From: an uncultured Bdellovibrionales bacterium
Lineage (GTDB): Bacteria > Patescibacteriota > Minisyncoccia > Moranbacterales > UBA1568
Reading direction: 5' to 3'
Length of the DNA stretch: 64,000 nt
Assembly: GCA_964543815.1 (NCBI GenBank)
Contig: CAZIZG010000003.1
Coordinates: 17,833 to 81,832, forward strand
Shown: positions 47,168 to 56,816 of the stretch, piece by piece
How positions within the stretch are numbered: position 1 is the first letter of the stretch
Layout: each line of letters opens with the position of its first letter
Program-made: the position numbers and the translations under genes
The notes under the pieces: model-generated
What the model was told of the DNA's origin: nothing
Database searches by the model: none
Seen by the model: only the letters and a program-made list of their open reading frames with translations

Positions 47168-47560
47168 TCAGGCATGAGGAATCTGCTCCACGAGGAGCGC
47201 CTGACCCGAACTATCGAGGTAAGTACAAGTCATCGCCTCCATGTCGACTCGCCACCTCTCTACTCCGGCTCGGGCTGCATCCTGACAAAAAGTGAAGTAG
47301 TCACTCCCTCCAGCCTGGTGACGAGCGAGGTCAGCCCGAAACGCGGCCGCATCTCCCATGGTTGCCACCTGAAGCGGCGCATAGATCGGTTCACTCTGAA
47401 GTACAGCATCTTCTCCCCCGACGTATTCCGCATGACCGTCCACGACAAAGACATCATACCTTCGCACGCCGAGAGCAATGAGCGCCTGTACGTAGGCAGG
47501 AAAATCCGCTCCACTTTTCACAACACTATGAGCCGCCGCAATCTGTTCCAAAGTAAACAT
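47168..47560 (-). CDS. DUF1398-family protein
   Basis: 130 aa beginning MFTLEQIAAAHSVVKSGADFPAYVQALIALGV. High GC. Confidence 0.55.
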   Translation of the reverse strand: MFTLEQIAAAHSVVKSGADFPAYVQALIALGVRRYDVFVVDGHAEYVGGEDAVLQSEPIYAPLQVATMGDAAAFRADLARHQAGGSDYFTFCQDAARAGVERWRVDMEAMTCTYLDSSGQALLVEQIPHA

Positions 47561-47598
47561 ATGGTTTCAAACAATCATTGTTCTAATTTTTTTATTCC

Positions 47599-47829
47599 TC
47601 AACAATTTTTTCTCAGGATGGCCAGGCACTCTTCATACGCGTCAGCGAGACCACCGAAATATTCATTACGACCAAAAACTTCTATGTCCTCACTTTCACA
47701 AAGTTCTTCCCGCCAAACCTCTCGAAATTTTTTTGCCAAAACCTCTATCTCTACTTCGCTTCGATGAGACATCATAATTAAATGGAATAATTTTGATCCC
47801 ATTTTTGATCGAAGCAGCAGAACTGTCAA
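47599..47829 (-). CDS. Small hypothetical protein downstream of res (low-GC island)
   Basis: 76-aa ORF. The likely start is MGSKLFHLIMMSHRSEVEIEVLAKKF... Weak call. Confidence 0.25.
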   Translation of the reverse strand: MTVLLLRSKMGSKLFHLIMMSHRSEVEIEVLAKKFREVWREELCESEDIEVFGRNEYFGGLADAYEECLAILRKNC

Positions 47830-47975
47830 ATAACCCCTCCTATCCCTTCAAAAACTTCTCGAGATATTTTTTAAAAACACTAAAAAGAATAATCACTCCC
47901 AATGCTAATCCCAAATATTTTATAGTTGTCGGACTAAAGAATGCTTTCAATAGTTCTAATAGGTTTAAATGCATA

Positions 47976-50633
47976 TCACATAATATCAATTAAATCTTCC
48001 TTCGTTGCCACCTTAAAATTCTCAAATCCGATCGCTCTAAAATGTTTCTCTCCACAGAAAATCTTCTGCTGCTCAACCAATGGTAGTTCAGCAGTCAAAT
48101 CCTCATATCCAAATTTTGTTTCCCGTACAAGATATAATTTTTCTCCCTCACTCGTATTCCATACAATTGCCCAGTCCGGAATATATCCCCCAAGCGGAGT
48201 ATCCACCACAAACCCGCGCGGAAGCTTTGTATACACCCGGACGTTTTGACTTTGTTCCAAATGCTCAGCAAATAATTTTTCGCCTTTACTATCAAACGCT
48301 ACACGATCAAATACCGACTTATCACTCTCAATACTCTTACTTGGCAACACTTCGAAATCCTTAAAAAGTACATCAACCTCCCAATAATCACCCGTTGGAA
48401 TATACTTCAATCCTTCATTGATCAATAAATCATTCAGACACCCATTCAAAATCACAACGACACTCCGAATGTACTCTTCTGGATTATCAAGCAGCAAATC
48501 AAGATTCTCTACACGAGACAAAGCATCGAAAACGGTCCTCCTCGTTAACCCAGTTTCACGCGCAATGCGATCAACCACATTCTGCAAAAATACCTTCCGA
48601 TCCAACTTTGCCCCAGCGGACTGGCCAGCATATACCGTCTGTATTTTGTTTCTTTCATCGAAATAGACATTAACCTTCTCAACCGTCACGATCAAATTCG
48701 AGATATTCCGCTCGTTGATCTTTTCGACAGCATTCCCGATCAATTTTTCTGTTTGGACTTCGATATTGAACTTCGTCCGCTGGCTAATTCTCTTCCAAAG
48801 CTCCTTAAAATCATCTTCGCCAATATACTTGGTCGGCCGCACCAACACCTTCTTTTCCTTGGCATCTGTCATTTCTACTTGTTCTGTATAACCAGCCTCG
48901 GTAAATTCCGCCTGCAACTGCCCGACATACTCCCGATAGCTCTCATTTGCCACTACCGTCAGAGTATTTATTCGGGGATCATACACGCGATTACCATTCA
49001 CATCCACAGCCAAGCGCAAACCGCGGCCGATTTCTTGCCGCTTTTTCATGAGAGAATTCGTCTCGCGCAAAGTACAAATCTGAAAAATATTCGGGTTATC
49101 CCATCCCTCCTTCAAAGCAGAGTGCGAAAAGATAAACGAAACAGGCTCAGAGAAAGAAAGCAATCGTTCCTTATCCTTCATGATCAAATCATAGGCCTCC
49201 TTGTCTATCTTGGAATCACCACGCGTATCCTGAAAAACCACCTGCCCCTTCTCTTTCTTACTGGCAAAATATCCTTTGTGAACAGTCTGTACATCGGCAT
49301 CCTTGAACTGATCATAATTCCCCTTCAATCTCTCAAATTCCTCAACAAAAATCTTCCGAATCAAACTCTCTTCGTGGGTATAATTATCAACTCGATCAAT
49401 GAAAAACAATGACAAAACTTTGATACCCATTCCAAGCTCTTCTTGTTTATCAAAATGCGCTTTGATCGTCTCGCGAATCTGCGTGCGAAATACGGCTTCT
49501 TTATTCTCACTCCCCTCATCCAAGCGATAATACTTTCCATCCGAAAGCTCGACGCGATTGTGTTGCGCATTAACGTCGTTCACTTGTAGTCCAGCATATG
49601 CCGCATTCTTGGTCTTTCGCGCCACATCATCCCCTGCCTTCAAGACAATTTCTTTTCGGACAAACTCATCATTGGCATTTTTTATTTCTACTAAAACCTT
49701 TGCCTTTGGGGACTCCCCTTTCTTCGTTTCAATACTCCGCACCCTGAAAACCAATGCATTCGAATCATCATCCTTCACACCAAATACCGATATCTTTTTG
49801 ACTAACCCTTTCTTATAAGCATCAATCGGCGTCAGGCGATAGACAAGATTATGGATCTCTTTGTGCGTCGCGCTATATCGTAACTTGAAAAGCGGAGCCA
49901 AATCAGCAATGGCCGCCTTCGAAAGTTCTGACTCCATATTCTGCGGCTCATCCATGATCACCACTGGTCGAGTTGCTGCCACGAGACTGATCGGACTTTC
50001 ACCATTGAAGCGATCCGGCGTCGAGCGCATGATATTAGTATCACTATTGAACGACTGAATCGTCATCACCATGATTTGAATGTCCAGCCCTTGTGCGAAA
50101 TCACGCACGCGCGAAAGTTTACTAGAATCGTATGCAAAGTATCCATACCCCACACCATACAAATCTCGAAAGTGCTCTTTGGTTTGTTCGAGTGTTTTCA
50201 AAACGCCCTCACGGATGGCCACGCTCGGAACAAGAATGATAAACTTCTTCAATCCATATTTCTTGTTGAGTTCAAAGATTGTCCGAAGATAAACATAGGT
50301 CTTTCCAGTACCCGTTTCCATTTCAATGGAAAAATCGAAACCACTCAACTTTTTATCTGGTTCACCACCAAACACATATTCCCCAAATGCACCAGCAAAC
50401 TCGCTAATATCATCTACTTTTTCAAAAAGGGAATTTCTTTTCTGTATAGAAAATAAGTTTTTTAAAATTCTATCCTGTTCAATCTCCAACTCATTTTTTA
50501 TTACAGAAACAGCCGAGCGCAACTCAAAAGACTCTTCACTTCTTACAAAGTTTCTTCCAGTATCAAAGATATCCACGATCGCATCGACCGCTTCCAGCTG
50601 ATACCCTAGATCTTTTGAGAATTTAAATTTCAT
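47976..50633 (-). CDS. res: Type III restriction enzyme, Res subunit (SF2 helicase-like endonuclease)
   Basis: 885 aa with Walker A METGTGKTY, DEAH-like VIMDEPQN, helicase motif VI-like IGRGLR, and a C-terminal endonuclease region. Last gene of the operon. Confidence 0.85.
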   Translation of the reverse strand: MKFKFSKDLGYQLEAVDAIVDIFDTGRNFVRSEESFELRSAVSVIKNELEIEQDRILKNLFSIQKRNSLFEKVDDISEFAGAFGEYVFGGEPDKKLSGFDFSIEMETGTGKTYVYLRTIFELNKKYGLKKFIILVPSVAIREGVLKTLEQTKEHFRDLYGVGYGYFAYDSSKLSRVRDFAQGLDIQIMVMTIQSFNSDTNIMRSTPDRFNGESPISLVAATRPVVIMDEPQNMESELSKAAIADLAPLFKLRYSATHKEIHNLVYRLTPIDAYKKGLVKKISVFGVKDDDSNALVFRVRSIETKKGESPKAKVLVEIKNANDEFVRKEIVLKAGDDVARKTKNAAYAGLQVNDVNAQHNRVELSDGKYYRLDEGSENKEAVFRTQIRETIKAHFDKQEELGMGIKVLSLFFIDRVDNYTHEESLIRKIFVEEFERLKGNYDQFKDADVQTVHKGYFASKKEKGQVVFQDTRGDSKIDKEAYDLIMKDKERLLSFSEPVSFIFSHSALKEGWDNPNIFQICTLRETNSLMKKRQEIGRGLRLAVDVNGNRVYDPRINTLTVVANESYREYVGQLQAEFTEAGYTEQVEMTDAKEKKVLVRPTKYIGEDDFKELWKRISQRTKFNIEVQTEKLIGNAVEKINERNISNLIVTVEKVNVYFDERNKIQTVYAGQSAGAKLDRKVFLQNVVDRIARETGLTRRTVFDALSRVENLDLLLDNPEEYIRSVVVILNGCLNDLLINEGLKYIPTGDYWEVDVLFKDFEVLPSKSIESDKSVFDRVAFDSKGEKLFAEHLEQSQNVRVYTKLPRGFVVDTPLGGYIPDWAIVWNTSEGEKLYLVRETKFGYEDLTAELPLVEQQKIFCGEKHFRAIGFENFKVATKEDLIDIM

Positions 50634-50637
50634 CCTT

Positions 50638-51381
50638 TTAACTAATGTTGTTATCCAAAGAAAACATTTTCACAAAAAACTTCCCCTTATCTGTTAGAGT
50701 TATATCCTTATTCTTATTAGAGAACTCTATTAATCCATTTGTATGTGAATATGCCATGACCCCCTTAGGAATGCCACGCTCCGTATAATCCCCAACAGTC
50801 CACCTGATACTACCCTCATACTGATATACAGATTCAATAAGAAAATTAAAGTCATTATAATATTCAGACTTTTTAAATGATTCATACTCTTCATTCCAGC
50901 TAACCGTCGGATCAATATTTCTGATTGCCTTTTCTTTCTTTACTTTTTCTTCAAGAACAACCAGCTTTTCAGTCTCAGCTTCTTCAAATCTCTTTTCGGC
51001 ATCGCTTAATTTCCTTTGTTCATCTATCCTTATTTTTCTTTTCTTTGTTCTATCTTCTTCATCTTTTTTAAAGGCTGGAATTAAAAACCAATCCGGAAAC
51101 TTCCAAATAACAAAGTACGTCAAAATAAATGGCATTATCCATGAAATCCAAAAATAAGGATCACTCACATTAAAAAATTCCTGGCTTAAATAATCACTCT
51201 TAAGTAATTGTTTTGACTTCCAAATTCTATCTTCGCTCACCAAAAAGACAGTGACGAGTAATTTCCAATGAAAAACTGACCACCAAATAGAAAACACACC
51301 ATAGATAGGAGTATTTACCTTTTCTTTCCAAGACTCGCTTATTGAGTCAGTAATTTCATTACTAACTTTTGGAATTTTCAT
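50638..51381 (-). CDS. Unknown 2-TM membrane protein embedded between mod and res (protein Y, 247 aa)
   Basis: Two TM helices (IYGVFSIWWSVFHWKLLVTVFLV; FWISWIMPFILTYFVIWKF), a highly charged coiled coil (KKDEEDRTKKRKIRIDEQRKLSDAEKRFEEAETEK...) and a C-terminal domain of about 90 aa. There is a 4-nt gap to res and an 11-nt gap to the upstream gene. Confidence 0.6.
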   Translation of the reverse strand: MKIPKVSNEITDSISESWKEKVNTPIYGVFSIWWSVFHWKLLVTVFLVSEDRIWKSKQLLKSDYLSQEFFNVSDPYFWISWIMPFILTYFVIWKFPDWFLIPAFKKDEEDRTKKRKIRIDEQRKLSDAEKRFEEAETEKLVVLEEKVKKEKAIRNIDPTVSWNEEYESFKKSEYYNDFNFLIESVYQYEGSIRWTVGDYTERGIPKGVMAYSHTNGLIEFSNKNKDITLTDKGKFFVKMFSLDNNIS

Positions 51382-51392
51382 AACACTCCAAG

Positions 51393-52379
51393 TTATTTAT
51401 CAGATTTAGTTAACTCAATAACTTGTCTCACTGGGTTTCCGGGATTACTTATGGTTTTTAAATAGCCCGTGTCCTTGGTATCAAAAATTGCTCTAGTTAA
51501 CTCAGCAAGCATTGCGTTGGCCGTCTCCTTATCATTTTCGCTTTCGGTCGGACGAATAGAATTTAATAGTGCTTGATGGGAATCAAGAGCATTCTGACGC
51601 TGGGTATTTACATAATAGAGGTGTTTTTCAGCAGAATAATTTCTATTGAAATGAGCAATAGCGAAACCTCCAATTGAAAGAATCAAAAACTTTAGCAATA
51701 ACCCCTGATGAAAAATCTCGGTTAGAACTTGACTAGTATTTTGATTCTGGACTCTTACAAACCAATCGGTATCCCCTGCAAGCAAAAGAATAGCAATAAT
51801 CAGTGTCACTCCAGCGCTCAAAGCCATATATGTCTGAGCGTTTTTTGCCGCTTGGTCATTTTTATCAGCACAATCCCCAAAAAACCTTCCATACTTTATA
51901 GCCTCAATCTTCTGGGCCTCATTCTGAACAGTACTGAGTAAAGACTGTGCTTTTGTAATCTGTGCCTCAAACTCCCCTATCTTACCCTGAGCGTCGATAA
52001 TCTGCCTCTTAAACTCCTCATTTTTAGCAGGATCTTTCAAAACAAGGAACGTGTAAAATGGTCCCATGCTTTGATGTAACTCAAACTCTTTATTTCTTAT
52101 GGTATCAAGCCATTGTTGTCTCTCGTTAATATTCTGAAAACCAAGAATTTGATTTTTCAGCTGCAAGAATTGCTGTAAATGAGTACGGATACTGTTTAAA
52201 AACTGTGGCGGAAAATTTTCAAGATCCGCATGATTAAAAATCGTATCAAAAACTTCCCTTATCCCCTCAAAAGAGGGCTTCGACTCTTCAAGGCTATAAG
52301 AACCCAGGTCCTTTCTTAACAAAGAAGTCCAATCTAAGCTTCTATATTGTTCTATAGAATCGCGAAGTTGCTGATCCAT
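51393..52379 (-). CDS. Unknown protein with an N-terminal helical domain and a 2-TM hairpin, embedded between mod and res (protein X, 328 aa)
   Basis: A soluble helical N-terminus of about 190 aa, then TYMALSAGVTLIIAILLLAG and LLLKFLILSIGGFAIAHF TM helices, then a C-terminal tail of about 70 aa. Lies 5 nt after the mod stop. Confidence 0.6.
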   Translation of the reverse strand: MDQQLRDSIEQYRSLDWTSLLRKDLGSYSLEESKPSFEGIREVFDTIFNHADLENFPPQFLNSIRTHLQQFLQLKNQILGFQNINERQQWLDTIRNKEFELHQSMGPFYTFLVLKDPAKNEEFKRQIIDAQGKIGEFEAQITKAQSLLSTVQNEAQKIEAIKYGRFFGDCADKNDQAAKNAQTYMALSAGVTLIIAILLLAGDTDWFVRVQNQNTSQVLTEIFHQGLLLKFLILSIGGFAIAHFNRNYSAEKHLYYVNTQRQNALDSHQALLNSIRPTESENDKETANAMLAELTRAIFDTKDTGYLKTISNPGNPVRQVIELTKSDK

Positions 52380-52384
52380 ACGGA

Positions 52385-54271
52385 TTAAATCACTTTCAAA
52401 ATTACATTCTTCGAAATATTCACTTTTGTTGTGTCATCAAGCGCAGAATCGAGACACACAAAAATATCTTCTAGTTTGAGACCGAGAGACTCGACTTGCT
52501 CTTTAGAAATTTTTTCCACAAATGTTACAGCAAGCTTTTTATTGTCATCAATAACAACCCAAGAATTAAGATCATCCTTTTCCTGTGTAACCTTAGCATT
52601 TAAACTAAAACCTTCTTTAACAAGAATTTCGTATACGACCGCACGCTCATCGTAACCGTCAACAAGTGGATACTCGAGAAAAAGTTTAGACTGAGCCAAG
52701 AGCTTTTCTTGATCATCATTTTCGGTCAAAACACTCCACTGTCGATAATTTGATTTTTGAAGTACAAAAGTCTTGAAGCCCGTATCTCCTTTATCAACTT
52801 TCTCTCCTGCGCGCCGGATACGCTCTCGAGAAATATCAGCAATGGTCTTGTATCCAGCTTTGTATGCCTCACTTTTCTCATCCGTCGCTTCTGGCAACTG
52901 CACACAGATCCACTTCCGATTCCCATCATCCTCATCGTTCAAATCCATCACTGCATGCGCTGTCGTTCCGGAGCCAGCAAAAAAATCAAGCACCAAATCA
53001 TCTTTTCTTGTGCCAACAGTCAAACACTTTTTTATCAAATCGATTGACTTAGGAAAATCAAAATAAGAACTACCCTCAAAAAGCTCTCTGAATATTTCCT
53101 TACCGAACTCGTTATTTATTTCACTTTCGATCCAAAGCGCCTTTTGTTTTGTAGTTGCTAACTCGCCACTTTCATCATGCAAATAGTCTTTTCTATATAC
53201 TCTCCAGGCCCCCGTATTTACTTCTTTAGCCAAGAGATTGCTTATATTTTCTGCAACTTTTTTCTGACCCCAGGTCCAACAACCCTCTACTCCTTTTGAA
53301 TTAAGTGGCATTGCCTCAACAATAAAGCCTTCATCCCTCTTTAAAGAAACCTCGTTGGTTTTTGGATTTACATAGATAGGGTAAAAAAGATTCGGGCGAT
53401 TTGAACGATTAAAGACCGGGTTTCGATTCCTTAATTCTAACAATCGAAATTTTCCATTCTTATCTTCTTTATTATACTCAGAAATCTTTTCTTCACTTTT
53501 CACAATTTCATACAGACCACCGTCTTCTATATTTTTAGCATATACCAAAATATACTCATGTGTTTTAGCAAAGTACCTATCAAGAGTACGTCCTCGAGGA
53601 TTTAATTGAACAATAATTTGAGCCACAAAATTCTCCTCACCGAAAACCTCATCCATGATGAGATGAAGATTGGCGGCTTCGTTATCATCGATAGAGATAA
53701 AAATCACACCATCTTCACGAAGAAGATTTTTTGCCAAAAACAGTCGCGGATACATCATGGTAAGCCAGTCACTATGAAAACGACCGTTCTTCTCGGTATT
53801 GGCAGTCATTTTGATCCCGCCTTCTGTCTGACCGGTCTGCTCATAATAATCAGCGACGCTCTGCGCGAAATTATCCTTATATACAAAATCATGCCCCGTA
53901 TTATACGGTGGGTCAATATAAATCATCTTAATCTGTTCGCGATATTTCTTCTGGAGCAATTTCAATACCTCGAGATTATCTCCTTCGATAAAAACATTCT
54001 CGGTCTTGTCCCAATTCTTGCTCTCATCTTCCTGAGGAAACAGAGTTCCTTTGGCTGTCTCACGAATCAGCCGAAAGGCATTACTTTTTCCAGCCCAGTT
54101 CAAACCATACTTTTCTTCTCTGCCAGCAATTCCCTCTGCGTCAAAAAACTTCTTGAGCGCATCAAAATCAACCGAGCCATCTTTTACAAACTGCGGAAAT
54201 ACCCTCCGAAGCTTCTCCAGATTCTCATTCTGTATGTTTTCAGATGTTGTAGAAACTTTTTCAATAGTCAT
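52385..54271 (-). CDS. mod: Type III R-M DNA methyltransferase, Mod subunit (N6-adenine, beta class)
   Basis: 628 aa with IYIDPPYNTGHDF (DPPY motif) and FDFFAGSGTTAHA (SAM motif I). Confidence 0.85.
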   Translation of the reverse strand: MTIEKVSTTSENIQNENLEKLRRVFPQFVKDGSVDFDALKKFFDAEGIAGREEKYGLNWAGKSNAFRLIRETAKGTLFPQEDESKNWDKTENVFIEGDNLEVLKLLQKKYREQIKMIYIDPPYNTGHDFVYKDNFAQSVADYYEQTGQTEGGIKMTANTEKNGRFHSDWLTMMYPRLFLAKNLLREDGVIFISIDDNEAANLHLIMDEVFGEENFVAQIIVQLNPRGRTLDRYFAKTHEYILVYAKNIEDGGLYEIVKSEEKISEYNKEDKNGKFRLLELRNRNPVFNRSNRPNLFYPIYVNPKTNEVSLKRDEGFIVEAMPLNSKGVEGCWTWGQKKVAENISNLLAKEVNTGAWRVYRKDYLHDESGELATTKQKALWIESEINNEFGKEIFRELFEGSSYFDFPKSIDLIKKCLTVGTRKDDLVLDFFAGSGTTAHAVMDLNDEDDGNRKWICVQLPEATDEKSEAYKAGYKTIADISRERIRRAGEKVDKGDTGFKTFVLQKSNYRQWSVLTENDDQEKLLAQSKLFLEYPLVDGYDERAVVYEILVKEGFSLNAKVTQEKDDLNSWVVIDDNKKLAVTFVEKISKEQVESLGLKLEDIFVCLDSALDDTTKVNISKNVILKVI

Positions 54272-54275
54272 ATCT

Positions 54276-54452
54276 TTATTTCTTCCAATCCTTAACCATC
54301 AATCCACCGCGAGTTCTTTTGACGACTACCTTTTGCTTTTCTTTCCATCCAAGCTCTCGAACGAGTTCGATCGGGAGCGTGAGGCCGATGGATTTACCAC
54401 CAAGTTTGGTCAGTTTTCTGACTTCTTTTTCGTTAGTCGCTTTGTTTGCCAT
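54276..54452 (-). CDS. AbrB/SpoVT-like small DNA-binding protein, possible controller of the R-M operon
   Basis: 58 aa, MANKATNEKEVRKLTKLGGKSIGLTLPIELVRELGWKEKQKVVVKRTRGGLMVKDWKK, a swapped-hairpin-type motif. Its stop is 4 nt before the mod ATG. Confidence 0.5.
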   Translation of the reverse strand: MANKATNEKEVRKLTKLGGKSIGLTLPIELVRELGWKEKQKVVVKRTRGGLMVKDWKK

Positions 54453-54470
54453 ACTCGAAAAATACGTAAT

Positions 54471-54725
54471 TTACCCTGTCAAATACGATTTGAGTCTATT
54501 TTTTAAAAACATTTTTCCATGGTAAGTTTTTAGATACTTTTCCCTATGCGTTGCATCTTGTTGATTGAGACACGCTTCATAGTACGCCAATTCAAGTGGT
54601 CGTCTATCTTTGGTTGATTCTACGTGCCCCTTTTTATGTTCCTCAAATCGTAATTTCAAATCCTTCGTATATCCAGTATAGAACTTCCCATCTTTTGCAG
54701 ATTTAAGTACGTAGGTATAGTACAT
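54471..54725 (-). CDS. GIY-YIG nuclease-family protein (UPF0213), second divergent copy
   Basis: 84 aa, MYYTYVLKSAKDGKFYTGYTKDLKLRFEEHKKG... Heads the low-GC R-M island. Confidence 0.75.
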   Translation of the reverse strand: MYYTYVLKSAKDGKFYTGYTKDLKLRFEEHKKGHVESTKDRRPLELAYYEACLNQQDATHREKYLKTYHGKMFLKNRLKSYLTG

Positions 54726-54985
54726 AACCTGACAGATTTGAAATTATTTAACAGGGTGAATTACGTAACTCCATTATACTCCCCTCCAAAAAACAAGCAA
54801 AAACCGGCCAAAAAGCCGGTTTCTGGAATATACTCATCTATATACTCTACCCCTCCGCCAGGACTTCAAAGCCACCGTAGGCGACGTATCCCTTGACTTT
54901 CCCGAAAAATCACGCAAACATGGGAGCTATCTGTTGCGCCCCTGTAACAGTCTCTTGTTCTTCCCCGAAAACCAGTGAGGTATCC

Positions 54986-55606
54986 ATGGATAACACCGCC
55001 CCGATTGTGCCGACGTTCAATGGTGAGCTCGCACATGGCGCCGCCACCCTCTGCGATTTCTTCCTCGTTCCTACCGAGGACCAAGTCCCGGTGACCAAGG
55101 TCACCATCCTGGTCGATGGAGACAAACACAAGTTTGCCGTTGGGAACGGCAAGTACCGGTCGACCCTCTTCCTCCTCTACTGCGCGGTGCTCAAGCAGAG
55201 CACGTCGTTCACCTTCGATGCCGAGCTCAAGGCCATGCTCGTGCCCTACTTCAGCGCCGAGCTCGTCGACCAAGCCAAGCTCCCCGAAACCGAGCATGTC
55301 GCGCTCGGGCACCTGGTCATCGGCAAAAGCATCCAGGTGAACCTGGTCCTCAAGCCCGGCTACGAACTACCGAAGAATCCCGGCCGGTCCCTGCGCAAGC
55401 TCATCGAGCACGGCTGGAATCAGCGTAAGCAGCTGGGACCGAACTCGGCCGCACCACTCATCCGGCAAGCCGTCCAGCAATTCATCGAAGGCGAACGCAG
55501 TGGTGCCATCCGTGTCCACAACAGTCGTCGCCAGGATGTGTGGCCTGACTACGACTGGGTAGACAATGTTCGGTCTCTCCGTCGTCTGCTCGCTGTTTCG
55601 CTGTAA
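54986..55606 (+). CDS. Hypothetical protein, paralog B of 40441..41115
   Basis: About 207 aa sharing the LFLLYC / LKPGY / HGW / LGPxSxAP blocks with paralog A. High GC. Followed by a terminator. Confidence 0.5.
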   Translation: MDNTAPIVPTFNGELAHGAATLCDFFLVPTEDQVPVTKVTILVDGDKHKFAVGNGKYRSTLFLLYCAVLKQSTSFTFDAELKAMLVPYFSAELVDQAKLPETEHVALGHLVIGKSIQVNLVLKPGYELPKNPGRSLRKLIEHGWNQRKQLGPNSAAPLIRQAVQQFIEGERSGAIRVHNSRRQDVWPDYDWVDNVRSLRRLLAVSL

Positions 55607-55645
55607 TCACAGCAGCGAAAAAGCAAGTAGCGCCGATGCCAACAA

Positions 55646-55676
55646 CCCGACACTCACCGAGTGCCGGGTTTTTTCT
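55646..55676 (+). terminator. Rho-independent terminator
   Basis: CCCGACACTC-acc-GAGTGCCGGG (one mismatch) followed by TTTTTTCTT. Confidence 0.55.
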
Positions 55677-55682
55677 TGTACC

Positions 55683-56054
55683 CTAGCCCTCTACCAAGAC
55701 TTCGAAGCCGCCGTAGGCCACGCGCTTCGGATCAAACGGCATTGGTCCCTTGAAGTTTTCTGGAGCCATAAGCGGATCATTCATCACCTTGGCATTGACC
55801 TGGTCACGATGCTTGCGTGATTTGAAAACGATATAGGAAAACACGACTACTTCACCTTTCTTCAAATTGGTCATCTTGGGAAAAAGTGGCGCCATCCCCA
55901 TCGACTTGGAGCGGATATCCTCACTCACGCATTCTTTGTAATCAAGTGCCCCACATTTTTTCCACACCTTGGCCCCGAGCTTGGCCATCTTTTTGTAATC
56001 ACCCAAGTTTTTCTCCGGCATCACAATCACAAATCCGTCCACATACTTCGCCAT
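55683..56054 (-). CDS. DUF1428-family protein
   Basis: 123 aa beginning MAKYVDGFVIVMPEKNLGDYKKMA... Confidence 0.6.
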   Translation of the reverse strand: MAKYVDGFVIVMPEKNLGDYKKMAKLGAKVWKKCGALDYKECVSEDIRSKSMGMAPLFPKMTNLKKGEVVVFSYIVFKSRKHRDQVNAKVMNDPLMAPENFKGPMPFDPKRVAYGGFEVLVEG

Positions 56055-56086
56055 ACTCGTACAATAAAAAGTTAGCTGTTACTTAT

Positions 56087-56437
56087 TTAAAAACTTTTTC
56101 CATCAAATTTCTCCGAGTGAAGGGTCGAGAGATCTATCCCTTCAAGACAGCGAACGTTCACCATCACCGTCGCATTGCCCGATGGGTCGGTACCGCGACC
56201 GAATGACTGAACTCCGCAGACCTTGCAAAAGAGATGAGCAATTTTTTTGGTATTGAACCGGTACTCAGTGAGCACGTCTTCACCAGAGAGGAGAGTGAAA
56301 TCCGCTGCCGGAACAAAAGCGAGGATAAATCCCTTGGCTTCGCAGTGTGAACAGTTACAGACAAATGTCTGTGCCAAATCCGTCGTCACTTCGTACCGTA
56401 CCGCCCGACAATGACAGCCACCCGTGTATTTCGCCAT
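56087..56437 (-). CDS. GFA-family protein (glutathione-dependent formaldehyde-activating / CENP-V-like Zn domain)
   Basis: MAKYTGGCHCRAVRYEV...CNCSHC...CKVCG, the Cys-rich GFA signature. AGGAAA RBS. Confidence 0.65.
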   Translation of the reverse strand: MAKYTGGCHCRAVRYEVTTDLAQTFVCNCSHCEAKGFILAFVPAADFTLLSGEDVLTEYRFNTKKIAHLFCKVCGVQSFGRGTDPSGNATVMVNVRCLEGIDLSTLHSEKFDGKSF

Positions 56438-56564
56438 AAGCATTTTCCTGTTAATAATCCTCCCCATTTTACACCTATCACTCGGTATGCCAAAATCACC
56501 CTCGTCTCCAGGAGAAAAATAAAAGTCGGCCTTGTGGCCGACAATACGGAAAATATGTAAACCA

Positions 56565-56783
56565 CTAGAGTTTCTCAAGCTCCTTCAAATCCTTATCCGG
56601 GAGATAAAGAATAGCGAAACCAACAATGATACCGGCTACCGCTGTGTACAGACGATTACCATCAAAGACAGTCGTATCTACGATATCAAGCAGATGCCAA
56701 ATACCCCGCCAGACCAACACCAATCCAACGACTATAGCCAAATTATGGGCGAAATAGGCAACTAAATTTCCTTTCTTCATCAT
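56565..56783 (-). CDS. Small two-TM membrane protein, hypothetical
   Basis: 72 aa, ...LAIVVGLVLVWRGIW...AVAGIIVGFAILYLPD... Confidence 0.4.
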   Translation of the reverse strand: MMKKGNLVAYFAHNLAIVVGLVLVWRGIWHLLDIVDTTVFDGNRLYTAVAGIIVGFAILYLPDKDLKELEKL

Positions 56784-56816
56784 AAGGTTGTGTAAGTATG
56801 ACTTTAGTATATCACG

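Noticed and set aside
54866-55312. 148-aa minus-strand ORF
   Set aside because: Antisense to paralog B (54986..55606, +), which has family similarity and a terminator.
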